A stretch of 64,000 bases of DNA from Camelus ferus. Taxonomy: Eukaryota. Where the stretch lies: positions 115,880,001 to 115,944,000 of the forward strand of contig NC_045696.1 in assembly GCF_009834535.1 (NCBI RefSeq), given 5' to 3'. Positions 49,449-60,705 of this stretch are shown piece after piece. Position 1 is the first letter of the stretch. Each line of letters opens with the position of its first letter. The position numbers and the translations under genes are program-made. A model generated the notes under the pieces. It had not been told where the DNA came from and did not search any database. It saw only the letters and a list, made by a program, of their open reading frames with translations.

Positions 49449-49874
49449 GATAAGAAGGTAGTAACTGGGAGTGGAGAGTGGAGAGCTTTCGTGGCTTTTC
49501 TCCCGTTGTCCCTTTAAGAGGGCAGAGTTGGAGAGATTCTAGGCTGGAAGGCAGTGGCCTCACTGAAACCAAGCTCCTTTCAGATTTTAGGACCTAGAGT
49601 ACAGTCAACTTATTTTTGATGGGACGTGGTTGCACACAGTAGGAGATACATGTGGTACAGCTCCCTGCCTTTGCTGTAACACAGTCTAAAGAGATGTGAT
49701 TCCTCCTCTAAACTCCTGAAACTCGGTCTGGTGTCTTGCCTTAGGCTGCCACACCTCATTGGAAAGTGTTGAGATCCAGGCTGGTTTTTCCATATTTCGA
49801 ATTATAGGAATTATGAGCTGGGGGAGGGGAGTATAATGGAGGCTAATTGAAGAATTTGACCTGAAGAATTTGCC

Positions 49875-50092
49875 TACAGTGGCAAGATGTAGTCCCTCGC
49901 TTTAACAAGATAGGTAGACTTCATTTCCTTAACACTGCTTTTCTGAAGCCCGGTTTCCTTTGGCAAAACTGTAAAGAAAAAGTTATATAACCACATCTAT
50001 TCAGGGGTTGTCGTGAGGAATCAAATAACAAAATACAAGAAATGCACTTGGTTTAGTATCCAGCATCCGGTAAGTATTCGACATATTTTAGC
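49875..50092 (+). mobile_element. MIR SINE
   Basis: CTGAAGCCCGGTTTCCTTTGGC..GGTTGTCGTGAGGAATCAAATAA..ATGCACTTGG..TAAGTATTCGACATATTTTAGC. Confidence 0.65.
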
Positions 50093-51104
50093 CTGAAGAA
50101 AAAAGAAGGAACCACTTCTACAAATGTGTAATGGAAATGATTGCCAGTCACCTTCAATTGACATGTGTGCTTGGTACAAAAAATCTAAAAAGTTGCTCTT
50201 CCAGCTGGGCCTGCAAAAAATTTGTTAGCAGGTGCTGTTTACAAATTTAAACTCTAGTCATAATGTAATGTAAATTAAAGAACAAATGAAGATATTTCAT
50301 TAATGGGTAACCTGAAAATGCTGTATTTGAAGACTGCTAAAAATTCATGACATGCATTTTAAAAATAAAAGTAAACAGGAACCTAGTGACCTTGTAAACA
50401 GAGTGTAAGCTTCAAATACTCAGAATTCTCAATCCGAGAAAAATGTTTCTAAGCACCATGAAGGGTTTGGATTTAATTGTTTAATGTTTTTCCTATAATC
50501 CCGTTTTCTATATTCTCATGAAAGAGCTCATCGGAGAAAACTCTCCAAAGCAATTGGGGAAATTGGGGAGTATACAATTTCTTAACAAGATTTTTTTTTT
50601 AAGGCCCCATCACTCAGAAACAAGTTCCCCGGGCTGCCGCCAAAATCCATTATAACAGAATTTAGGCTCCAAAAATTTTTCTTCAAGTTGGACGAAATTT
50701 GGAAAAGAGTACTTAAGGAGAGGGGAAAAAAGGGAAGGAATTCACAGTTTTAAGGCTCCCATCTTTAAGCCCCTGGAGGATAATCTCATAGGCTTTGGGT
50801 CCTTTTAATTCTCAGAACAATTGTTGAGGTAATTCCTATCTTCATTTTGCAAATGGGGAAATCAAGAGAGGTTTAATTTGATCTATGATCAACTAAAAAA
50901 TAAATAAATAAATAAACTTTAGGGGGTTAAAATATATGCCTTCAAGCACAGAACAATCTCCTCAGAGATGAAGGCTTCCCGTGAGTCTGACTGCTTAGTC
51001 CATTTTACTGGTAAAAATAGAGGACTCACCAGCTGATTGCAACAAAATGTACACCTTTGGACTATTCTACTGTTCGCAAAAATTTCAGAAATTCACTCTG
51101 ATAA

Positions 51105-51290
51105 GACTTCACATAATCTTATTTATCCTCAGGCCACCTAGTAGGTGCATATGATTCCCACACTACAGACGAAGAGACTGAGAGTTGGGGAGATTAAGTA
51201 ACTCACTCAAAGTCTCAAAACAAGGAACCAGTAGAGCCAGGGCTCAAGCTTCCATTTTCAGACTCCAAATCTCACATCCTTTCTCCCAGA
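51105..51290 (-). mobile_element. MIR SINE
   Basis: ATCTTATTTATCCTCA..ATTCCCACACTACAGACGAAGAGACTGAG..GATTAAGTAACTCACTCAAAGTC..GACTCCAAA. Confidence 0.8.
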
Positions 51291-52589
51291 GCTTCGTGTA
51301 TCATTTCCACTGAGGGACCCTACACCAGAGGAGAGGCCGCCCATCAGTCACAACGATCTATTTTATTTCTTTGGAGTTTAAACATTATTTTTAAAGTGTC
51401 CATTCATTTCACATGGTCCTCCAAATGAAGACTATGTTTCCAACATGAAGGCATTTTACACTTCTTCTAGATTATTTCTAAACTTTCTAATGACACTTTT
51501 GAATAAAATTGATACTGTCTGACCTTCGGTTGTTGCTAGCATCGTGGTGTGCTTTCTGGTCGTCGCATATTACAGCTTGAGAATCACAGCTCTGTACCCT
51601 GTAGTCTAAAATAACACACTTGCTGGGGAAGAATTAAATGTACTGAAGCCCCAGCAATCACAACGTAGCCATTTGTGTTTGGTATATCATTAATATTTAC
51701 AGTAACACTGTTAGTGGGCATTTTATTCCCACTATACGGGAGGAAACAGAAGACCAGAGAAGTCAAGTTATTTGTTCAAGTTTATACACAAACCTGAAGG
51801 AGGACTTCAGCTGACCCTGAAACTCTGGTTTGTCTCGGAAGTTCCCAGCTGTCTCCTGATGCTCTAAGTAAGTTTTATTTTTGCACCAGATGTTTTTGAT
51901 TTTCATGGAGATAAAGGAAGTAAACACTACTGTACTTGGAGGAGGAAATAGACTATGAACGGAAGCAAAGGGCTTTTTTTCTTCTTTTATTATTATTATC
52001 AAATCTAGTATAACTAGAATATCCCACAATCCCACACTCAGAGTTTGGTGATGAATGATGCTCAGGACCAACTGTCCTGCAGTGGCCCAAGGGCATCATT
52101 GGCTTATAACACATTCATTTTTCACTGGTTCAAAATGTGCATACAAATGCTTTTCCAGCTTTTGGACCTGGATGCTAAAATTTTAGAAGTGATTGTAGGA
52201 ATACTTGGTTCAGTGATGTGGCAGAGATATGTCTGAACACTGAGAAACATGGAAGACAAACTACATTAAATTCTTGGGTATTTAAGAGCATGAAATGTAT
52301 CTTAAAAAGCATATATATTCTTCAAAATTGAGGGTTAAATTAAAAGTCTATCATATCAAAGAGATATAAAGTCCTTATATGGTTTCAAAAATTTACATCA
52401 AAGCATGGTTTCAAAGAATTTAAATTAAATCTTTTCTCTCTCTCTTGTTTTCTGAGACAAACACCTCCCATAGTGTTTGGTGAAGGTGATATTTTCCTAC
52501 ATTTTAACTGTAACTTTTTGACAGCCTATGGGCGTGAGGCGCTCACAAACACTCAGAGAGGATCTCGTATGTTCTAGTTTCTGATCATA

Positions 52590-52740
52590 CATTTTCTTAT
52601 TTTATCCTCAGGATAATCATGAGATAAACATTGATATATCCATGTTCTATGGTATGCAAACGTGGGTTCAGAGAGATCAAATACTGCTTCCTAGGTCACA
52701 GCTGGTTTGTCCAACTCTAAAGTACCTGCTTTTTCCAATT
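52590..52740 (-). mobile_element. MIR SINE
   Basis: TCTTATTTTATCCTCA..GGTTCAGAGAGATCAAAT..CCTAGGTCACAGCTGGT. Confidence 0.65.
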
Positions 52741-52743
52741 TAC

Positions 52744-53057
52744 CAAGGATCGGCCAAATCTGGTCCGCTTTCAGCTTTTGTAAATAAAGTTTCATTGGAA
52801 AACTGTCCATCTCTCTTGTTTACATGTTGTCATGGGCAGAAATGAGAAGATATAAAAGGTCCAGGTAGGAAATATATGTGTCTTTGCAAGCCATATAATC
52901 TCTGTGACAATTCAAATCTGCCCTTGTAATGTGAAAAAGCCATGAACAATTCCTAAATGAAAAAATGTGGCTGCGCTCCAATAAAACTTTTTTGAAAGAG
53001 GAAAAAAAGGGGCAACAGGCCAGTTTTGGCTTGCAGGCTGCAGTTTGTCAGCCCCTC
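52744..53057. mobile_element. MER58-type hAT-Charlie DNA transposon
   Basis: GGCCAAATCTGG..TTTTGTAAATAAAGTTTCATTGGAA near one end and inverted CCAATAAAACTTT..CAGGCCAGTTTTGGC..CAGTTTGTCAGCCCCT at the other. Confidence 0.8.
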
Positions 53058-54109
53058 TCTGGTAGAGCAAGGCATTCCCCTAAAGCAGAATTTTGGTAAG
53101 TTCATTTAAAAATATTAAAAGTCTGAGAACTGCCTTTTTTTCTTATTATTTTTAAAATCAGTGGTTGAAAATTTCATGTGTTTAAAAGTTCAATTTGTGT
53201 ATAATTATTTGAGCATAAATCTTGTCGCTGCTTTTTTAAAATTGTCTTCAACTAAAAACTGGTTGGAAACACAAGCATCCACTATTCAAATGATCTTAAT
53301 CTCCAAGGAGGTCTCTCAAAATAGGTACGGGGTAGAACTTATCTATACATTGGTCATTTTGGTGCCCTCTCCATGACAGGTCTGGCTGAACATACAGATA
53401 CAGCTTTGGCTTTTGGAAAGGTCATAATTTCCAAGGCCAAGAAAACTCCCTGCCACAGATGACCCAGGCCTAGCAGAGAGCAGAGAAGAGCCTGAGATCT
53501 CACTGCTAAATCTCCCAGCCCCAGCAGAATCCCAAAGCTCTGTGAATTGGCTTCTAAAATGTGTTCTCTGCCCACTTATCTCACCCCGCAATACAGTCTT
53601 GATTGACACTACATCTCACAAGAGAAATGAAAGCGGGTGCCAACCCCAGGTGCCCAGCCAAAGAAAAAGCGTACGTTTGGCAGTGGAACACGTGTCAGAC
53701 GTCAGTCATCCTGAGTAAGAATTCCAGGCCCAGGGGGAGGCTGGCATTTTGCAGGAGAAAATGTGAAAAAGGCATGATCCCAGGTTCACAATGGGCTACA
53801 AAAGCTGTCAGTGCTTGAGGACCCAAAAATACACTTACAATTGTTCGCCTGTGTCATTATATAAACGAGAGTGCACAAAAGTAGCTTTAACCAGACTTGT
53901 GCTACAGTAGAAAGGTAGAGGGGTGCTTTGTTTCCAGAGTATTTCTTGCCTGAAACTAAAGGAAATACTTAGCAAGAAATTTCTTTCCTAAAACTTTCTG
54001 ACCTAAAACCAAAAGAACTATTTCTTACCTAAAACTAAAGGAAATACTTAGCAGAAACCTTGACCACCTTACTGATTTTTGAGTCAGAGATAAAAAGAAA
54101 ACATAATAT

Positions 54110-54650
54110 TTTTATGGAATAAATCATAGGTAGCACTTGGTATGTTCCAGGCACCATTCTAATGTTCACGGATGTCAACTTGTGTAACTTCTTAAGCATC
54201 TTATGAGGCAGGTCCAAGGACTCTCTGTCTTTTTGCAGATGTGGAAATGGAGGCAGAGAGAGGCCTTGGACTTTTCCATCAAACAGCTGTCGAGTTCAGC
54301 GCGTGCTCTCAAATGCTGATGCTGCCCGATCACTGAGCCTTCTCAGGGACCGATCCAGGGCATGGTAGCACATTTCTCTGAACTTCTGTTTTCTTGTGCA
54401 CAGAGGGGTTATAAGCATCCTTACCTTGCCAAATGGTTATGGAGATGAAAGGAGGTAAAATATAAGTCTCCAGGAGGGCGTTTAACAGATCATAATTACA
54501 AAAGATTTCACATCATATGAGCTCTTATTGCAGGCCAAGCCTTGTGACAAAAAGTTTGCACACGTTATTTCGTCCATCCAAAGAAAGCCTCATGACATAG
54601 ATGCTAATATGATCCATATTTTACACATGAAGAAATGGAAGATCGTGATG
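54110..54650. mobile_element. Cluster of three MIR fragments (about 54110-54320 -, 54370-54480 +, 54520-54650 -)
   Basis: TTGCAGATGTGGAAATGGAGGCAGAGAG; TCTCTGAACTTCTGTTTTCTT; TCCATATTTTACACATGAAGAAATGGA. Confidence 0.65.
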
Positions 54651-55991
54651 CTTCAATGTTGTGCTTAAAATCATCCTCTGCAAAAAGGGTTTCTGTCCTG
54701 AGTGGCATGAGTAAGGCAGCTCGATTGCTCTGTGTGTGGAATTGACATCAGATTTTGGAAGCATGATTTTCGGTATTGACAAATTGACAAATTGCCCAAA
54801 TTTGAATTGACATCAGATTTGGGCAGCTGGTGATTGTTGGTCCTGGCGCCCTTACTTATAAGTCTGAAATAAAAGGGGGGAAAAAGGAAATGAAACAAAA
54901 TAAAATGAAATAAAATAATCTAGTAAGAAGCAAATTCAGGCTCCAATTCCAGAGGCGAGGATGTACTCTTTAAAAAGTTTATTCCCTTCCTCTTACAAGA
55001 AAAAGACTGTACCAGGCAAGTGGCAAGGAAGGGTCTAGGTTCTAGACATTTGAAATGGATGGGGGATCTTTTTGGCTCTCAACAAAGCCCTTGCTTCTGA
55101 GACGGGCCACGAAGCCATCTCCCCTTAATCCTAAACTCACCTTTGGAAATCCCTGTCAAGGTGCTACTGGGGGTACAACAGTTGGTAAGGAGGAAATTTG
55201 AACCTCCCAGTGTTGCCCCACAGAACCACACTCAGAGTTCTCATGATAGGATAAAACAATTCAAGGGCACCTGGCGTTTCACAAATATCATTTCTAGGTG
55301 AGTTACACCACAATCCAGTATTCGCAGTAAGTGATACAGACGTGAAAATGAAGGACTTGTCAAGTTAACACCAACTATAAAGGAAAAAGTAACTGAAAGC
55401 TCTCGATCTTACAGGGGAGTGAGTTTCCTATGTCAAAACATTCGCACATCCCCTTCAAATTACTTCTGACCTAAGATGACAGCAGGTACTGCCCTAGGCC
55501 ACCAGCAAGGGGGCAAATTAGCTTCCCCCCTATTATTTCTGGCTTAACCCCTTGAATTCTCCATCTTGGTTAAAATAAAATGAGAGAGAATCCCCCATGG
55601 CTTGTCACCACTGCTCACTCTGCTCCTGATTCACAAAATTCATATGATTCCCAGACGACCCGCTGGCTCTGTAGCTCAAAGCCTCCGTTCACTGCAGCGG
55701 CCACACCACCTCCCTGTGCTCAGGGCTGTGCTCTCCCATACGTGGACCTTGTCTCCTTGGGGAAGCTGAGCCTCAGCAGGACCCTGGGGCTGCTGCCTCT
55801 CACCTCACACTCCTCCTAGTTTAATCCCTGCCCTGCCATGCGTTCTCCATGTTGCTTCCTATTCTCTGGGTCAGACTCTTGATTTTCTCATCATTTTCTT
55901 CCTTCTACTCTAGTACCAGTAGCTGAGATGCCATTGTGTTCTGTCGTGAGTAGCTACTTAGCAACTCCAGCCAGGCTCTGTGTCTCCAGAG

Positions 55992-56796
55992 CAACGATGT
56001 CCAGGAGGAAAAAAAGGGCAAGTCATATACGTAATTGTAAATGTTCTATCTTATGCACTAACAGGGTAAAAGAAAGAGGTAAAACTGATAATACATTACA
56101 CGTAAAGCAATATATTCAAAACAGTAATTCAACCTGTTATAAACGTCTTTGAAAAATGTCATGACAAAGATATTTTACATTCTCTCTCTTAGTACTAAGT
56201 CTCTGAAGTCTGGTATGTATTTCACACTTACAGCACATCCCAATTTGGATGCTCAGTGTCTACCAGAAATGTTTGATCTAGACGTAGATTTCGTAAACTG
56301 TACAGTTGAAAAACTCAGACTGGGACCCTCAACTTGTTCCAGACATAGGTAAAAGTTTTCCAGGAGCTGAATTAAGTATCAGTTTTTAAAGTTAAATTTA
56401 AATTAATTAAAATGAAATAAAATTTAAAATTCAGTTTCTCAGTCACACGAGTCATATGTTTTTGAATTGTTACCAGATATGATGTAAATGATTATTTATT
56501 TATTTTTATTGAGGCTTAGTTGATCTACAATATCATGTTAGCTTCAGGTATACAGCAAAGTGATTCAGCTATATATGCATGTATTTTTTCAGATTATTTT
56601 CCGTGATAGGTTATTACAAGATAGTGAATACTGTCCCTTGTATTGTACAGTAAATCCTGTTGCTTATCTATTTTATCCATAGTAGTGTGTATCTGTTAAT
56701 CTCATACTCCTAATTTATCCCTCCCCCTGACACTAGTCATAATTTAATTACTCAGTAGCCATGTGGAACTAGTGGCCACCATACTGGATAATAAAG
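55992..56796. mobile_element. Charlie1/MER33-family hAT DNA transposon, interrupted by L1
   Basis: TACTAAGTCTCTGAAGTCTGGTATGTATTTCACACTTACAGCACATC, AAAATTCAGTTTCTCAGTCACAC, GCCATGTGG..AGTGGCCACCATACTGGA; 8-bp flanks ctccagag / tttcagag. Confidence 0.85.
56457..56729 (-). mobile_element. L1 3' fragment with extra non-L1 sequence inside the TSD
   Basis: TTTATTGAGGCTTAGTTGATCTACAATATC..GGTTATTACAAGATA..; TSD acacgagtcata (56445-56456) / acactagtcata (56730-56741). Confidence 0.88.
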
Positions 56797-57236
56797 TTTC
56801 AGAGGATGTAAGAAGTCTGCCTTCATCAGCTGCTCAGCTTTGAGCTGACTCTTTGGACATCTTCCATTTCTGTTTCTGATACTGCTTCTCTCTGTACTTC
56901 ATCAAGGAATCAAGTCAAAATTCAGCTTTTGATTCAACTCAGATTCAACTGAGTGATAACCAGACCAAGGGGCTTAATGAGGATCAATCCAATGGTGACG
57001 TAAGAGAAGAGAAATCCTGTCCAAGAAGTGTCGTTAAGAGACAAATGAAACGAGAGTAGAGATGAAGGACCTTAAGGTTAAATGAAGGGCATCGGGTATT
57101 GTTTTTTTCAAGGATGAGAAAGCTTCAAATGTTAGAAGACAGAGAAGAAATTCCAGTTTGAAAAAAAAAAAAAAAGACACTAGAGATATGAAAAGAAATT
57201 TAGATATTAGGGGGAGCCATATATGAAGCTGATAAG

Positions 57237-57686
57237 GCAGCAACATGGATGGACCTAGAGATCACCATTCTAAGTGAAGTAAGCCAGAGACAAAAAGAAA
57301 AATACAATATGATAGCACTCATATGTGGAATCTACAAAAAAACAACAACAGCAAAAAAAAAGGACACTAATGAACTTATCTACAAAATAGAAACAGACTC
57401 ACAGACATAGTAAACAAACTTATGCTTATGGGGGCGGGGGAGGGGTAGGAAGGGATAAATTGAGAGTCCGAGATTTGCAAATATTAATTAGTATATATAA
57501 AATAGATAAAAAGCAAATTTCTTCTGTATAGCACAGGGAACTATATTCAATATCTTGTAGTAACCTATAATGAAAAAGAATATGAAAATGAGTATATGTA
57601 TGTATATGCATGACTGAAACATTATGCTGTCCACCAGAAACTGACACATTGTAACTGACTATACTTCAATTTAAAAAAAAAAAAAA
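57237..57686 (+). mobile_element. Young 5'-truncated L1 3' end
   Basis: GCAGCAACATGGATGGACCTAGAGATC through ACTGACTATACTTCAATT + poly(A); imperfect TSD aagctgataag / aaggtgatgag. Confidence 0.95.
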
Positions 57687-58181
57687 GGTGATGAGAAAGG
57701 ATGGATAAACAGAATAAAATAGATTAACATTAATGATTAAGAATGAGACTTCGAAAAGTCTAAATCCATATATTTCTAAATCCTGTCCTGAAGCCGAAGT
57801 ATACCTTCCCCAGAAGAGTGTTCCCAAAGAAATAATGGACAGGGTAGCAGAATGAGAACCAGAACGCAGCCTGGGTAATGACTGCACAACAGACGCCACC
57901 AATGCAGAACCCTGACCAAATGCTACCTGGAGACCCATGGGAAGCCTCTTCCTCCTTAGTTTCTTCTTTTTTTTTTTTTGAATCATACTTCAAAGTTGCA
58001 TTTATAATCCCAAGTAGCTCTCTAAATCATTATTCTGTTCTATCCCCAATTAACAGCTTTTTTTTTTTTCAAAATTAGGATATTCCTGAAATTTCTAAGG
58101 TATGTTAAAAACACATTTTGGAAACAAACAAACAAAAAACATATTTCAGGAAACTTTCCTGAGCACTCAAAAGTTAACTGA

Positions 58182-58233
58182 TACACCAGAAATTGACACA
58201 ACATTGTAAACTGACTATATTTCAATTAAAAAG

Positions 58234-58270
<37 letters not shown>
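58182..58270 (+). mobile_element. Ultra-short L1 terminal fragment with (CA)n tail
   Basis: TACACCAGAAATTGACACAACATTGTAAACTGACTATATTTCAATT + A + (CA)n; perfect TSD gttaactga (58173-58181 / 58271-58279). Confidence 0.9.
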
Positions 58271-58273
<3 letters not shown>

Positions 58274-60124
58274 AACTGAAGTTTGACTAAAGAGAACCCA
58301 AAGTTCTGGAACCAAACCCTCGCACTAAAAACTGATGTTACAAGTTTGGAATTTGGGCTTGGTTTCACAGAAAGTTTGCTTCTGCCTTTTAGAAGATCAC
58401 AGTTGTTTACCAGTGTCTGAGCTTCAAAATGACCCTGAACAAATGTCAACTCTATCAAGGCACCTTTGGTTAAGGATAATCTGTGAAAATATTCAGAGCT
58501 AGTCTCCATCCATTCAGAGACAATTAACACCTGCCTATCACCTCCAATATCAACTCCAGACACAAACTAAATAATAATAGTAATAATAATAACCATCAGA
58601 ATAATTCTCCATTCATGCATTGGTAAAAATCTCTCAAATAGCCATATTCTTTTCAAGGGAACACAGGTCCAGAGGAAATATAACAGCTCCTCCAGGCAGT
58701 TCTTAACCCTGTCTGACAAGAGAATGAAATACTGACCCACCATACACTGTATTCCCTTTATGGGCCAAACACTTGAAATAGGGATTGCTTTATGATCCAA
58801 ATTGGCTGTGTCGATGAAATTCTGCCATCAAAACAAATTTGGAAGCTTATCAAGTGTGGCATGTTTTAAAGCTACAGCTGGATCATGGGTAGACGCATGG
58901 ATTTATTTTAGAGTTATATTTATATTTTTATGAATGTGGCCAAAATAAAAAACATGACAAGAACCCAAATACTCTAAAACACTGTAAAATCCAAATAGTG
59001 TAAGCATGTTTATAAAATATATACACTCCTATATATGCAGAAGCACATCTATATTGTGTTTAGAGTATAGATTTTATGGTTAGAAATTCAGTTTAGAAAA
59101 AGATCATACCACAAATGCACTGGCAAGTTTCCCACACAGAGATTAACTGGAGAAAAACTAAAGACTTGAAACAAAAAAACCTTAAAATTTTAAATATATG
59201 ATGCATATAATACAATTTTAGCTTTTATAGCTATAGCACTTAGAGCATTTTTGAGTAATCATTCAACAAATAGTGATAAAGGGTCTTCTGTGTGCCAAGT
59301 TCAGTGTCATTCATTCTTTCCCTATTTTGAGGAGAGATGCCAGAAATTCACCTTCATCTTCAGAGGAGGGTGTCTCTGGGATTGGTCCTTTCTTCAAAGA
59401 TGAAATCATGCAGAGCCACTTGGAGACAAATGAGGAGCTAGCAACTAAAACATGAATGAATGAAAAGCTCTATTGTCTCAGAAGTATATTACAATCTGTA
59501 CTTTTTCTGGGGTAAAAAAGAGAAATTGGTAGATTTCTGCTGTGTGAATTCTAGAGAGGAAAAGGAAAACCACAGATCTGTACTTGGAAGAGCTGGCATC
59601 CTGGGATGGGTGCTTGAGGAACACAGGGAGCTGAGTTGAAGAACTGTCTTCTTTTGAACACAGGCCAGCATCCCTCAGAGCCTAACTCGCAACCAAGAGA
59701 ATGGGATGATGCTCTCAAAACGAATGATGGCATTGGATGGTCCTCCGTTGGGGATTCTGGACAGTGGAGGGCAAGCAGCACCTGCTGGACCACATCACAT
59801 TCTACTGTCCATGCAGCTGTATTTGGCAGCGAGAAGCAAGGGCAAGTTAGACGGTTGACATTATAGGATCTCCAGTCTGCTCAGATGTGTGAGTAGGTAG
59901 CACCCCCTTTCTTTCATACTGCATATGCTCTTGGGGGTTTGGGATATATCAAGGAGGAAAAAGGAAGCCCTAAGAGGGAATTGCTAGACTCCTGCTAAAT
60001 GAGTACTAAATCCAGTTTTCTTCTGAATGACATTATTTGCAGCCTGAATTTGTTGGAGCAGGTCGGTCTTAGACATTCACACGTACCTGTGTGAACCTAC
60101 AACTCAAGTCATCTTAGACTTTAT

Positions 60125-60260
60125 GAGGCAGCATGTAATAACAATTGAGCACTTGCCTGGGAATCAGAGGACCTCTGTAACAATAAACAGCTCTACTCTT
60201 AAGTAGCTGTGTGACTCTGAGGAAACGTCAATTCAAATTCTTTAGTTGTGCACAAGTATT
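60125..60260 (+). mobile_element. MIR fragment
   Basis: GAGGCAGCATGTAATA..GAGCACTTGCCTGGGAATCAGAGGACCT..CAGCTCTACTCTTAAGTAGCTGTGTGAC. Confidence 0.65.
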
Positions 60261-60489
60261 TAAACCACGTGTTCAACGGGGTCTTCTCACTCTATAATCT
60301 TATGAACTTAATTTTAAAATACTTAAGGAAAAAAAAAACTTTTGGAACAGTGAGTCCATTAGCCTGGCTGAAATATACCATCTTCAGCTCAACAAAATGT
60401 GAGTTTTCTCCTGAATACAAACGCTTTGTAATGATTTAGCTTGGGTTAGAGAAAAATCAATAACAAGGTTGTATAGGCTAGAGACATAA

Positions 60490-60705
60490 TAGTAACTATT
60501 ATTATAAGAACAATTAAATATTTTTAGGTGCTTGCACTGTTCCAGGCACTGTTTTGTTAATTGTTATAAAATGGATATTGTTTTACAGATGAGGAAACTG
60601 AGGCCTGAAGGGTTAAAGGACCCGCCCAACACCACACAGTTCATGCGCAGTAAACACAGGTTTCAAACAAGGTTGGTCCTCATGCTGAACTTGAAGTACT
60701 TTATC
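60490..60705 (-). mobile_element. MIR SINE
   Basis: TTTTACAGATGAGGAAACTGAGGCCTGAAGGGTTAAGGACCCGCCCAACACCACACAG core. Confidence 0.85.

Noticed and set aside
59664..59888. Splice-bounded segment (cag|GCC...TGT|gtgagt) with 64 open codons
   Set aside because: The two longer frames stop before the donor and no homologue is recognised; indistinguishable from a pseudo-exon without RNA data
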